A stretch of DNA of 64,000 nucleotides from the NCBI GenBank assembly GCA_051313645.2, contig JBNRSN020000031.1, positions 34,162,001 through 34,226,000 on the forward strand. The letters run 5' to 3'. The DNA is from Centroscyllium fabricii (lineage: Eukaryota). The notes under the pieces were generated by a model. It was not told the DNA's origin. It did not search any database and saw only the letters and a program-made list of their open reading frames with translations. Position numbers and translations under genes: made by a program. Positions 23,916-34,647 of this stretch are shown here, one piece after another. Positions within the stretch are counted from its first letter, which is position 1; each line of letters begins with the position of its first letter.

Positions 23916-25776
23916 CTACTGATTATCGAAAGAAAGAACTGTGTGTACGTCCTTGAGGTGCCAGAATGCTTCACAGCCAGCTCTTGCAGTGGTGTGACTG
24001 CTGTGTAGGCAGACGCAGGAGCCAAGTTCCACAGACATGAGATGCAGGAAGGCCAATGGTATGTTGGCCTTTATTACAAAAAGATGGGAGTACAGGAGAA
24101 AGGAAGTCTGATCTCGCCAGCAAAAGATGTTTGGCATTTGGATTAAGCATTTTGCTTCCATAAACCTAAAAGATTGTAATTATGTGCAAATGGACTTTGC
24201 ACACACTCATTTTAAAAGTGTAATTGGCTGGCCTTGTACTTCAGTTTCCTGTCCATTATTACTCTGGTTCCCGGCCAAGATTAGGATGGGTAGGTACATT
24301 TGACATGGGCTAAGGGATTCTGCTGTAACATTTTACTGCGTTTCCGTAAAGTGCCAGGTTTGACACCGTTAATCCGGCACCGTCGGGACCAGGCCGATGC
24401 CGGACTAGTGAAAAATCCAAACGACTGAAGCTTTGGCGAGCGCATGTGCAGACCATTTAAAATGGCTGCCGCGCATGCCGGGTAATTCAATGCAAGTTAT
24501 TATAGCTTCACGGGAGGCATGTAAATGTCTGAATTTAATTTACAATTATTCGTTTACATTGCAATTCTCCATACCTTGAACATATTTATATATATTGAAT
24601 TGGTTGAAGATTTTTTTAATAACGTCGAATCTAGGAACCGGAGCACATGCGGACCCTCAACGATGGCGCCGGGAAAATGGCTTGACGTCTTGTGGGTTCT
24701 CGCGTGCTGTGTGTCTTTGTTCTTTGTTGTTTAGTTGTAGTTGTTTAGTTGTTATATAGTGCGTGAAAACTGCAGTAAGCATTTCACCTTCTGAATTTAA
24801 TGTTTATTTTCAGTTGTGTGACAATAAAAAATTTACTTACTTACTTACCTCTAAAATGGTAATATTTGGAGCAGAACTTTATTTCAATTTAATGCAGTTC
24901 AATGCTGTGAACCTTCCTAGATTTATTTTTTTTAATTTCAAAATAAAACAGCGTTGGGATAAATGGGTCGTTTTCTCAATATACAAAGCACTTTGAAGAT
25001 TGAGTTAGTTTTAAACTCTGAGCAAAATATAACATTGGTGCTCATGTCCCAGACTACATATTTGAAATGTCATCGCACCAATGAACTATACAGATTGTAA
25101 ATAACTAACCTGGAGAGCTGGGAGAAGAGAGGAGACTGTGGGTATTACTTACATTTATAGATCGTTCTTGGATGTCGGGGAGAGGCCCGGGCATGCGCAG
25201 CTGATCAAAATGGCCACTGCGCATGCGTGGTGGCCATTTTGAATGGTTTGCACATGCGCAGACCAGTCGGGGAGAGGTCCGGATTTAAGCCGGATGACTG
25301 AAGTTTCCGGATTAACGGTGCCCGGATTAGAGTTTCATTCACCGAGTACCCCATGCCACTTCCTGACCTTCAATCGAGCTTTAAAATTGAGGAAATGTTT
25401 AATATTGCTTCAGCCAGTGCCAGATGTTAACCTTACTGACCCCTTCATTCAAACAGTCACAATTGGGAATCTGTCTGCTATCTTTCTCCCTCTTGCTGTT
25501 TTTTCCCTCGAAGGTGAACAGATGGTGTTCTTAACATAGAAGATAGGAGCAGGAGTAGGTCATTCGGCCCTTCGAGCCTGCTCTGCCATTTTGATGAGAT
25601 CATGGCTGATCATCCAAACCCAGCACCCCCTCCTACCCTCTCCCCATATCCCCGACACTCCCCCAATTCTAAGAACTATCACATATCCCACCCTATCCCT
25701 GTAACCCCCACATATGTAATCGCCCCCCCCCCCTAACACTAAGGGTCAATTTATCCTGGCCAATCAACCTAACCCG

Positions 25777-28320
25777 CCAAATAGTAATATGGAGGTTGGG
25801 GAAGGCATAAAAAGGGAAATTAAAGAAGCGTGCAATAAGGGCACAGCTGTCATCATGGGTGACTTTAATTTACATATAGATTGGACTAGCCAGATTAGTA
25901 ACAACACGATGGAGGAGGAATTTCTGGAGTGTATACGAGACGGTTTCCTGGACCAATATGTCGAGGAACCAACTCTGGATCAGGCCATCTTAGACTGGGT
26001 ACTGTACAATGCGAAAGGATTAATTAGCAATCTTGTACGAGGCCCATTGGGTCGGAGCGATCATAATATGATCGAATTCTCACTCAAGATGGAGAGCGAA
26101 GAAATTGACTCGGAGACTAAGGTCCTGAATTTAAGAAAAGGGAACTATGATGGTATGAGACGAGAGTTGGGTACAATTGATTGGGGGGGTGTCGCTCGGG
26201 GCTGACGGTGGATCAACAATGGCAGGCATTCAAAGATCGAATGGAAGAAGCGCAGAGCTTGTTTATACCAGTTTGGCATAAAAATAAACCAAAAAAGGTG
26301 ACTCAACCGTGGATAACAAGGGAGATTAGGGATAACATTAAATCCAAAGAAAGGACATATCAACTGGCCAAAAAAAGCACCAAACTTGAGGGTTGGGAAC
26401 AATTCAGGATACAGCAAAGGAGGACAAAGGGATTAATTAAGAAGGGGAAAATAGATTACGAAAGAAAGCTTGCGGCAAACATAAAAAGCTGACTGCAAAA
26501 CCTTTTATAGATACATTAAAAGGAAGAGACTGGTGAAATCCAGAGTCGGGCCCTTGCAGTCCGAATCAGGAGAATATATAATGGGGAACAAGGAAATGGC
26601 GGACCAATTAATTTAATATTTTGGTTCTGTCTTCACAAAGGAGGACACAAGTAACCTCCCAGAGATGTCGGGAAACATAGGGACTAATGAGAGGGAGGAA
26701 CTGAAAGAAATCAATATTTCTAAGGATATGGTGTCCGGGAAGTTGAAGGGATTAAAGGCTGACAAATCCCCAGGGCCTGATAATCTGCAGGTACTTAAGG
26801 AAGTGGCCCTGGAGATAGCAGATGCTTTGAGGATCATTTTCCAGAACTAAATAGACTCTGGAACGGTGACCATGGATTGGAGGGTGGCTAATGTTACCCC
26901 ACTATTCAAAAAGGGGGGTAGAGAGAAAGCGGGGAATTATAGACCGGTAAGCCTTACATCGGTTGTGGGCAAAATGCTAGAGTCCATTATTAAGGACGTG
27001 ATAGCAGATCACTTGACACATAGTGATGGGATCGGACAGAGTCAACATGGATTTACAAAAGGTAAATCGTGCTTGACTAATCTATTGGAATTCTTTGAGG
27101 ATGTAACTGAAAATAGATAGGGGAGAGCCAGTAGATGTGGTTTATCTGGACTTCCAGAAAACCTTTGACCAGGTCCCTCATAGGAGATTGGCATGCAAAT
27201 TTAAGGCTCATAGGATTGGGGGTAGGGTATTGACGTGGATAGAGAACTGATTGGTAGATAGAAAACAGCGTTGGGATAAATGGGTCGTTTTCTGATTGGC
27301 GGGCAGTGACTAGTGGGGTACCGCAGGGGTCTGTACTGGGACCCCAGCTGTTCACAATATATATTAATGACCTGGATGAGGGAATTGGATGTCACATCTC
27401 CAAATTCGCAGACAACAGTAAGCTGGGAGGGGGAGTATGCTCTGAGGAGGATGTCAGGAAGCTCCAGTACGATTTGGACAGATTGGGGGATTGGGTGAAT
27501 ACATAGCAAATGCACTATAATGTGGATAAATGTGAGGTTCTCCACTTTGGTAGCAAAAACAGGAAGGCAGATTATTATTTGAACGGCAATAGATTGGGAG
27601 ATGGGGAAGTGCAAAGAGATCTGGGTGTTCTTGTGCACCAGTCACTGAAGGTGAGCATGCAGGTGCAGCAGGCGGTTAAAAAGGCAAATGGTATGTTGGC
27701 CTTTATATCAAGAGGGTTTGAGTATAGGAACAAGGATGTCTTGCTGCAGCTGTACAGGGCCTTGGTGAGGCCATACCTTAAGTATTGTGTGCAGTTTTGG
27801 TCGCCTCATCTGAGGAAGGATGTTCTTGCCATGGAGGGAGTGCAGCGACGATTCACCAGGCTGATACTTGGGGTGACAGGAATGACTTATGAGGAGAGAT
27901 TGTGTAGTCTGGGCTTGTACTCGCTGGAGTTTAGAAGATTAAGAGGGGATCTCATCGAGACTTATAAAATTCTGGCATGCCTGGACAGGTTAGATGCAGA
28001 AAGGATGTTTCCGATGGCGGGGAAGTCCAGAACCAGGGGGCATAGTCTAAGGATAAGGGGTAAGCCATTTGGGACCGAGATGAGGAGCAAATTCTTCACA
28101 CACAGAGTGGTGAACCTGTGGAATTCTTTGCCACAGAGGCCGGTTCATTGAATATATTCAAGAGGGAACTGGATATATTTCTTCAGGCTAAAGGGATTAA
28201 GGGATATGGAGAGAAGGCAGGGACGGGGTACTGAACTTGTAAGATCAGCCATGATCTCGTTAAATGGCGGAGCAGGGCCGAATGGCCTACTCCTGCTCCT
28301 ATCTTCTATGTTTCTATGTT
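25777..28320 (+). mobile_element. CR1 LINE ORF2, 5'-truncated and degraded
   Basis: Endonuclease GDFN and SDH motifs; RT NYRPVSLTS, SGVPQGSVLGP; many stops and frameshifts; tttctatg tail; flanked by V-SINE pieces (25535-25776, 28320-28481). Confidence 0.92.
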
Positions 28321-28542
28321 ATCTTTGGACTGTAGGAGGAAACCGGAGCACCCGGAGGAAACCCACGCAGACACGGGGAGAATGTGCAAACTCCAGACAG
28401 TTAGTCACCCGAGGCTGGATTTGAACCCCGGCCCCTAGCGCTGTGAGGCAACAGTGATAACCACTACGCCACCGTGCCGCCCTTGTCATATCCTCAATGA
28501 GTCAATGCGTCTCCATCAAAGTCAGCTGCAGTTTAGCTGTTT

Positions 28543-29359
28543 GGGCCAGAAATTCGGCTTGACCCGTTTCGAGGGCATCGTTTCAGTTACCTTGCCCACG
28601 GGAGACGTCCCGTTTTTGCGCCTGAAACTTCGGATACCGATTACTTTTTTCGTGGGCATCGTTTCTGCTTAGCCAGTTTTGGAGGGCAACGTTTCTGCTT
28701 GCTTGAGGGCTAATTTAAATAAAAAACACCCACCAGATCCCTAATTTAAATGAAGAGATCCCGAGTCGGACCTTAGTGAGCGCAGGTAAGTGCGGAGCTG
28801 CCGAACAAAATCGCGGGGAGCAGCGCGGGGGCACAGCAGCAGCTCACAGGCAGGTAAGAAACAGCCATTTTTTCTCCGTTTTAAAAAAAATTAAAAAAAT
28901 TAGCTAGACAGTTAAAAATTTCACAAATGTAACTTTAAAAATTAGCGATTTCAACCAGGTAAATTAACTTTAAATTGGATTTGTTAAATTAAAAAAAAAA
29001 CTTTAACTTAAAAATTTAACGTTACCAATCTGGCCACACTACTCCCAAAAACTGTAAAAAATTAAAATTAAAGTTAAAAAATTACCTTACCTTGCTTAAG
29101 AACGTTTCTCTCTACCTCACCACCGAGTTACTCCAGCTTTTTTCAAGTGCATCTGTGGGCTCCGTTGCCCACAGAATCACTGAAAAAAATGACCTTTTTT
29201 GAACCCGAAGTTTTGGGTGGAACTCATTCCTGGGCATCATGCTGAGGGCCCTTTTCCCTCAGCATCGGAAGTTTTGGATCCGTGGGCATCTCGGATCCGA
29301 GGGCATTTTTCGAGGGCATCGCCGTGGGCATCTGCTTTAGGTACCCGAATTTCTGGCCC
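28543..29359. mobile_element. PIF/Harbinger-type MITE
   Basis: TIR GGGCCAGAAATTCGG / CCGAATTTCTGGCCC; subterminal GGGCATC repeats; AT-rich core shared with 12094-12924. Confidence 0.75.
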
Positions 29360-29633
29360 AATATGTCACGTTAGGGTCTGCAGCACAGACGTGCTGTGTT
29401 TAGACTCCACATGAGCCTTCCCCACCTCCCCCCCCCCGCCCGCCCCCCCCCCCCATCTTCTAGCCCTATAAGCATACATCTGTTCCTTTCATCCTTGTGC
29501 TTCTAGCTTCCCTTTTTAAATGTATCTGCTCTAGCTTCAACCACTCCGTGGTAGTGAGTTCCACATTCTCCCCATTCTTTTGGGTAAATAACACACTTTC
29601 TCCTGAAATCCCTGTTGGATTTATTAGTGAGTA

Positions 29634-30164
29634 CAGGTTGTGCACCATTAATCCGCCACGGGCGGGACCAGGCCCGTGCCGGGAAATGGAAAAAACCGGG
29701 AGAACGAGTTTGGACACTGCGCATGCGCACCATTCAAAATGGCCACGCGCATGCGCGCAACATTGCGATTGGCTGGCGCGTGCATGCGCAGATCGGGCCC
29801 GGGTCCGCCGTCCCTCTCCATCGCCTTTCGGGTTGCTGCTGCCGCCGAGCGAGATTCAGGCTGACAGCTGTTGCCTAGTGACTGTCCGCCTCAGTCACAG
29901 GGCTCAGCTGTCGAGAAAATAACGGGCGGCCGTATTGAATTATCTGCGCATGCGCTAACCGTCCGGCGACGCATGCGCAGATCATTCAAAACACCCGCAG
30001 CTGTTTTGAATGATCTGCGCATGCGCTCGGCGCATGCGCAGATCATTCGCTGAAGCCGCGATGGCGGCTGCCATTTTGCGCATGCGCAGTGCAGTCGGGG
30101 CAATTTGTGCCGGCAGACTGAAGCTGCCGGCTATTCGGGACACGGATTTTCGGTGCACAACCTG
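29634..30164. mobile_element. pogo/Tigger-like MITE, NRF1/YY1-motif-rich subfamily, inserted in an old minus-strand CR1
   Basis: TA-CAGGTTGTGCACC...GGTGCACAACCTG-TA. Confidence 0.87.
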
Positions 30165-31334
30165 TATTTTATATTTATGGCCTCTAGTTTTGGGGTTTCC
30201 CTACCACGCCCCAAACAAAACAAGTGGAAACATCTCCAAATCTACATAAACTCTTTCTTTTATTATCTTAAAGACCTCTATCCGGTCACCCCTTTGGCTT
30301 TCTCTGAGAGAAAAGAGCCCCAGCTCTTTGACGGTTCTAACCTTGCGGTTCTGCTGTCATCCTTGTGAATTTTTTTGCACCTTCTCCAGTGTCTCCGTAT
30401 CCTGTTTATAATCTGGCGACGGGAACCGTGCACAGTACTGCCAGTGTGGTCTAACCAAGGTTCTATACAAGTTTAACGACGCTTCTGCTTTTCAATTCTA
30501 TCCCTCTAGAAAGGAACCCCAGTACGTAGTTTGCATTTTTTGATGGTGCTACTTCGATAGTGTGACACCGCACCTCCGGATCCCTCTGTGTTCCTCTACC
30601 CCATTTTGACTCTTATTTGACTCTCTTCATGCAGTATGCCTTTCTGACCAAAATGCACCACCTCACACTTATCTATATTCAAATCAATTTGCCAATTGCA
30701 CGCTCATTGTGCAAGTTTAACATTTGCAACGTTCTTATTAACCATTTGACGCCAACATTTTCCATGACTTGTGTATTGTTTGCTTTCCTTTGGAATATAA
30801 ATATTTTTTCCTGCTTGGTCCATTTTTTTCACAAAGGAAAATAGACATAGAACATACAGCACTGTACAGGCCCTTGGGCCCTCAATGTAGTGCCGCGCGC
30901 GCTTAGTCCGTCTGATTTTTCCTGTCCCCCCTACTCTTCCTTCCCCTCCATGTACCTATCTATCATCCCAATCTGTCTTAACTTTCTCCCCTCCCATGCC
31001 TAGGTTCTTCACCTAGGTATCCCTCAATTTAAAATAAATAAATAAATGTATATATAAAATCCACCTCGCTTTAGTGTGGGAGACTGGAGTAAATAATAAT
31101 TCTAAGGACCAAGTGTTTATATTTATTTTTTTAAAGCCTTAATTCGAGGAGCATTTGAAATAAGGTGGATGAATTAGCTATGTAAATAGATGTATACAGA
31201 TATGATATAATTAGGATTATGGAGACATGGCTCCAGGGTGACCAATGCTGGGAATTCAATATTCAGGAAGGACAGGCAAAAAGGAAAAGGAGGTGGGGTA
31301 ACATTGCTGGTTAAAGAGACTGTCACAATAGTTA

Positions 31335-31601
31335 ACCCTGTTCCTGGGACTAGGGATAGGGTCACTGGCTGAGGCTTGGAAGCTAAGCAGAGCCAGGCCT
31401 GGTTAGTACTTGGATGGGGGAATACCAGGTGCAGGAGGTCACGAAAGGAGCCCCGGGGAGGGGCGGTTGGCTGAAGATTGTCGGAATAATGGAAAGATGG
31501 AATGGCAGCGTGCACAGACGCAGCGGCTTTGCTGGATTCTTGGAAGCTTGCAAGATCACATTTCGTTGTTCATACATTGTATATGACAAAGTCTTATTAT
31601 T
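31335..31601 (+). mobile_element. 5S rRNA-derived SINE with Rex1-like tail, copy 1
   Basis: GGAAGCTAAGCAGAGCCAGGCCTGGTTAGTACTTGGATGGG matches the 5S internal control region; body shared with three other copies. Confidence 0.8.
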
Positions 31602-31697
31602 AAGGAAGGATATTGGCTCTGATGTGGAATCTGTATGGGTAGAGCTGAGAAATACCAAGCGGCAGAAAACGTTAGTGGGAGTTGTATACAGACCCCC

Positions 31698-34573
31698 TGT
31701 AGCGTAGTCGCTAACTCAATTAAAAGGCGACTCGTAAGTACCGAAATACAAGGCTTTTAATTGATAAAGAATGGAGCTAGTCTCCTCACAAGTTCACATA
31801 CAGGAATGAAGGAGCTGGGCCAGACCACACCTTATATCGGTGCCCCCACCTGGGGGAGGAGTCGGGGGTGTGGCTGACCTGGCTCCCAGCAGCATCTACA
31901 CAATGCATCTATAAAATGGCATACTATACAATGGTAACCATATAAGGGTTACCACATTCACCCCTTCTTAAAAACTTTGAGTCCGGGGGGGGGGGGTGAA
32001 TGTACGGAACAGTTCATAATCAGTCTCTCCGGCGGTCGCGTTTGTCTTGCGGACCGCCGGGGTTCCGGTGTTGGTGGTGATGCCTCCATGGTCGAATAGC
32101 CCGCCTCCGTCGGTGCTGTAACTTCTGGACGTGGTGGGTTCTGCTGGGCCTCGTCGTCTGGTGCATCGGCGGGGAAACTCGGGGCCCATCTTGTGTCTGG
32201 TGGTAGGTCGACCTGCTGGCCAGCAGGAGGCGCTTTGGCGGTGTTGCCGGCCGGGGCCAGGTCCCTGATGGACACGGTGTCCTCACGCCCGTCTGGGAAC
32301 TGCACAAAGGCATAGTGCGGGTTGGCGTGTAAGAGCTGTACCTTGTCCACCAGGGGGTCCGTCTTGTGGCACCGAACGTGCCGCTTAAGGAAAACCGGCC
32401 CCGGAGTCGTCAGCCATGGTGGGAGCACCGTCCCCGAAGTTGACTTCCTGGTGAAGGAAAAAACAAGATCGTGCGGGGTGGTGTTAGTAGCAGTACATAA
32501 TAATGACCTGATAGAGTGCAGCGCGTCTGGGAGGACTGCCTGCCAATGGGACACTGAAAGGCCCCTGGACTTGAGAGCCAGGGTGACCGCCTTCCAAATG
32601 ATCCCATTCTCCCTTTCTACCTGGCCGTTCCCCCGGGGGTTATAACTGGTCGTCCTGCTCGTGGCAACCCCTTTCTGGAGCAGAAACTGGCGCAGTTCAT
32701 CGCTCATGAACGATGACCCCCGGTCGCTATGGATGTAGCTGGGGAGACCGAAGATGGCGAACAGCGTGGTGAAGTGTTTTATCACCGTTGCGCTCGTCAT
32801 ATCTGGGCAGGGGAAGGCGAAGGGGAAGCGGGAGAACTCATCCACTACCGTGAGGAAGTATGAGTTGCGGTCGGTGGAGGGGAGGGGGCCTTTGAAGTCT
32901 ACGCTGAGGCGTTCAAAGGGGCGGGTGGCCTTAATGAGGTGCGCCATGTCTGGCCGGAAAAAGTGGGGTTTGCACTCGGCGCAGACAGGGCAATCTCGGG
33001 TCATAGCCTTGATCTCCGTGATGGAGTAGGGGAGGCTACGGGATTTGACAAAATGGGCTAATCTGGTGACACCCGGGTGGCAGAGGCGGTCGTGGGGGTC
33101 CTTCAGCCGGTCTAGCTGGGCACTGGCGCACGTTCCCCTGGACAGTGCGTCCGGGGGTTCATTGAGTTTACCTGGTCGGTAAAGAATGTCATACTCGTAA
33201 GTCGAGAGTTCGATCCGCCACCGCATGATCTTATCATTCTTGATTTTACCCCGTAGTTTATTATTAAACATAAACGCCACCGACCGTTGGTCGGTGAGCA
33301 GGGTAAAACACTTACCGGCCAGGTAATGACGCCAGTAGCGCACGGCCTCCACGATGGCCTGGGCCTCCTTTTCCACTGCAGAGTGCCGAGTTTCGGGTCC
33401 CTGTAAGGTGCGGGAGAAAAACGCTACGGGCCTGCCTGCCTGATTCAGGGTGGCAGCAAGAGCAAAGTCCGAAGCGTCACTCTCCACCTGGAAAGGGATG
33501 GATTCATCAACAGCGAGCATGGTCGCCTTGATAATATCTTCCTTTATCCTTTCGAATGCCTTTTGGGCTTCTATAGAAAGGGGGAAGACGGCAGCCTTGA
33601 GGAGTGGTCTAGCCTTGTCTGCGAACTGCGGGACCCATTGTGCATAGTAGGAGAAAAATCCTAGACATCTCCTCAAGGCTTTGGGGTTGTGAGGTAAGGG
33701 CAGTTCTAGCAGGGGTCGCATACGCTGTGGGTCGGGGCCGAGGAGCCCGTTCTCCACCACGTATCCGAGGATGGCGAGCCGGGTTGTATTAAAGACACAC
33801 TTGTCTTTGTTATACGTAAGGTCCAGCTTAGCCGCCGTGTCGAGGAATTTGGCCAGATTGGCATCGTGGTCCTGCTGGTCGTGGCCGCAGATGGTCACGT
33901 TGTCCAGGTAGGGGAAAGTGGCCTGCAAGTCATTCTGGTCAACCATGCGGTCCATCTCCCGTTGGAACACGGACACTCCTTTGGTCACGCCAAAGGGGAC
34001 CCGGAGGAAGTGGTAGAGCCGACCGTTCGCCTCAAAGGCGGTGTAGGGGCGGTCGGCTTTCCGAATCGGGAGCTGGTGATACGCCGACTTAAGGTCGATT
34101 GTGGAGAACACCTTGTACTGGCCGATCTGATTGACCATTTCCGAGATGCGGGGAAGGGGGTAGGTGTCGAGCCCGGTGTAGCGGTTGATAGTCTGGCTAT
34201 AGTCGATCACTAGCCGTTGTTTCTCGCCAGACTTCACCACTACAACTTGGGCGCGCCAGGGGCTGGTGCTGGCTTCAATAATCCCCTCCTTCAGCATCCG
34301 CCCGACCTCCGACCTGATAAACGCTCGGTCCCCCTCACTGTACCGCCGACTCTTGGTGGCGATTGGTTTGCACTTTTGGTCGAGGTTGGCGAACAGTGAG
34401 GGGGGGTCGATTCTCAGGGTGGAGAGGCCGCAGGCCGGGGTCAGCTTCGGGGGGAGATTGTCCCGGCTACTGAGGGTGAGGGGGTGTAAAGTCCCGCCGA
34501 ACTCCATGGTCACGCTCCTGAAGTGCCACTGGAAATCCAAGCCTAGTAAGGCTGGGGCACACAACTTTTTGAG
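31698..34573 (-). mobile_element. Ty3/Gypsy LTR retrotransposon, 5'-deleted (3' LTR 31698-31956)
   Basis: TG..CA LTR of 259 bp, polypurine tract aagaaggggtgaa, pol ORF; gag and 5' LTR missing. Confidence 0.92.
31958..34564 (-). CDS. Gypsy pol (protease end, RT with YLDN, RNase H, integrase); open for 868 aa but 5'-truncated
   Basis: IDLKSAYHQ, FPYLDNVTICG, ESDASDFAL, HDRLCHPG..CPVC, SVDFKGP, HSDRG, NGQVEREN. Confidence 0.88.
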   Translation of the reverse strand: MCAPALLGLDFQWHFRSVTMEFGGTLHPLTLSSRDNLPPKLTPACGLSTLRIDPPSLFANLDQKCKPIATKSRRYSEGDRAFIRSEVGRMLKEGIIEASTSPWRAQVVVVKSGEKQRLVIDYSQTINRYTGLDTYPLPRISEMVNQIGQYKVFSTIDLKSAYHQLPIRKADRPYTAFEANGRLYHFLRVPFGVTKGVSVFQREMDRMVDQNDLQATFPYLDNVTICGHDQQDHDANLAKFLDTAAKLDLTYNKDKCVFNTTRLAILGYVVENGLLGPDPQRMRPLLELPLPHNPKALRRCLGFFSYYAQWVPQFADKARPLLKAAVFPLSIEAQKAFERIKEDIIKATMLAVDESIPFQVESDASDFALAATLNQAGRPVAFFSRTLQGPETRHSAVEKEAQAIVEAVRYWRHYLAGKCFTLLTDQRSVAFMFNNKLRGKIKNDKIMRWRIELSTYEYDILYRPGKLNEPPDALSRGTCASAQLDRLKDPHDRLCHPGVTRLAHFVKSRSLPYSITEIKAMTRDCPVCAECKPHFFRPDMAHLIKATRPFERLSVDFKGPLPSTDRNSYFLTVVDEFSRFPFAFPCPDMTSATVIKHFTTLFAIFGLPSYIHSDRGSSFMSDELRQFLLQKGVATSRTTSYNPRGNGQVERENGIIWKAVTLALKSRGLSVSHWQAVLPDALHSIRSLLCTATNTTPHDLVFSFTRKSTSGTVLPPWLTTPGPVFLKRHVRCHKTDPLVDKVQLLHANPHYAFVQFPDGREDTVSIRDLAPAGNTAKAPPAGQQVDLPPDTRWAPSFPADAPDDEAQQNPPRPEVTAPTEAGYSTMEASPPTPEPRRSARQTRPPERLIMNCSVHSPPPPGLKVFKKG

Positions 34574-34647
34574 GGTCTTCGTCTCGTTGTATTGTACTAG
34601 TACTCTGCAATGACAATAAAACTTGAATTGGATTGAATTGAATTGAA
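34574..34647 (+). mobile_element. Rex1/Babar LINE 3' tail at a deletion junction
   Basis: gtcttcgtctcgttgtattgtactagtac..tgacaataaaacttgaattg, near-identical to 9755-9817. Confidence 0.85.

Noticed and set aside
27405-27420. FADN in CR1 RT as another active-site variant
   Set aside because: The other CR1 copies in the window have FADD and this copy has many stops, so it is ordinary decay
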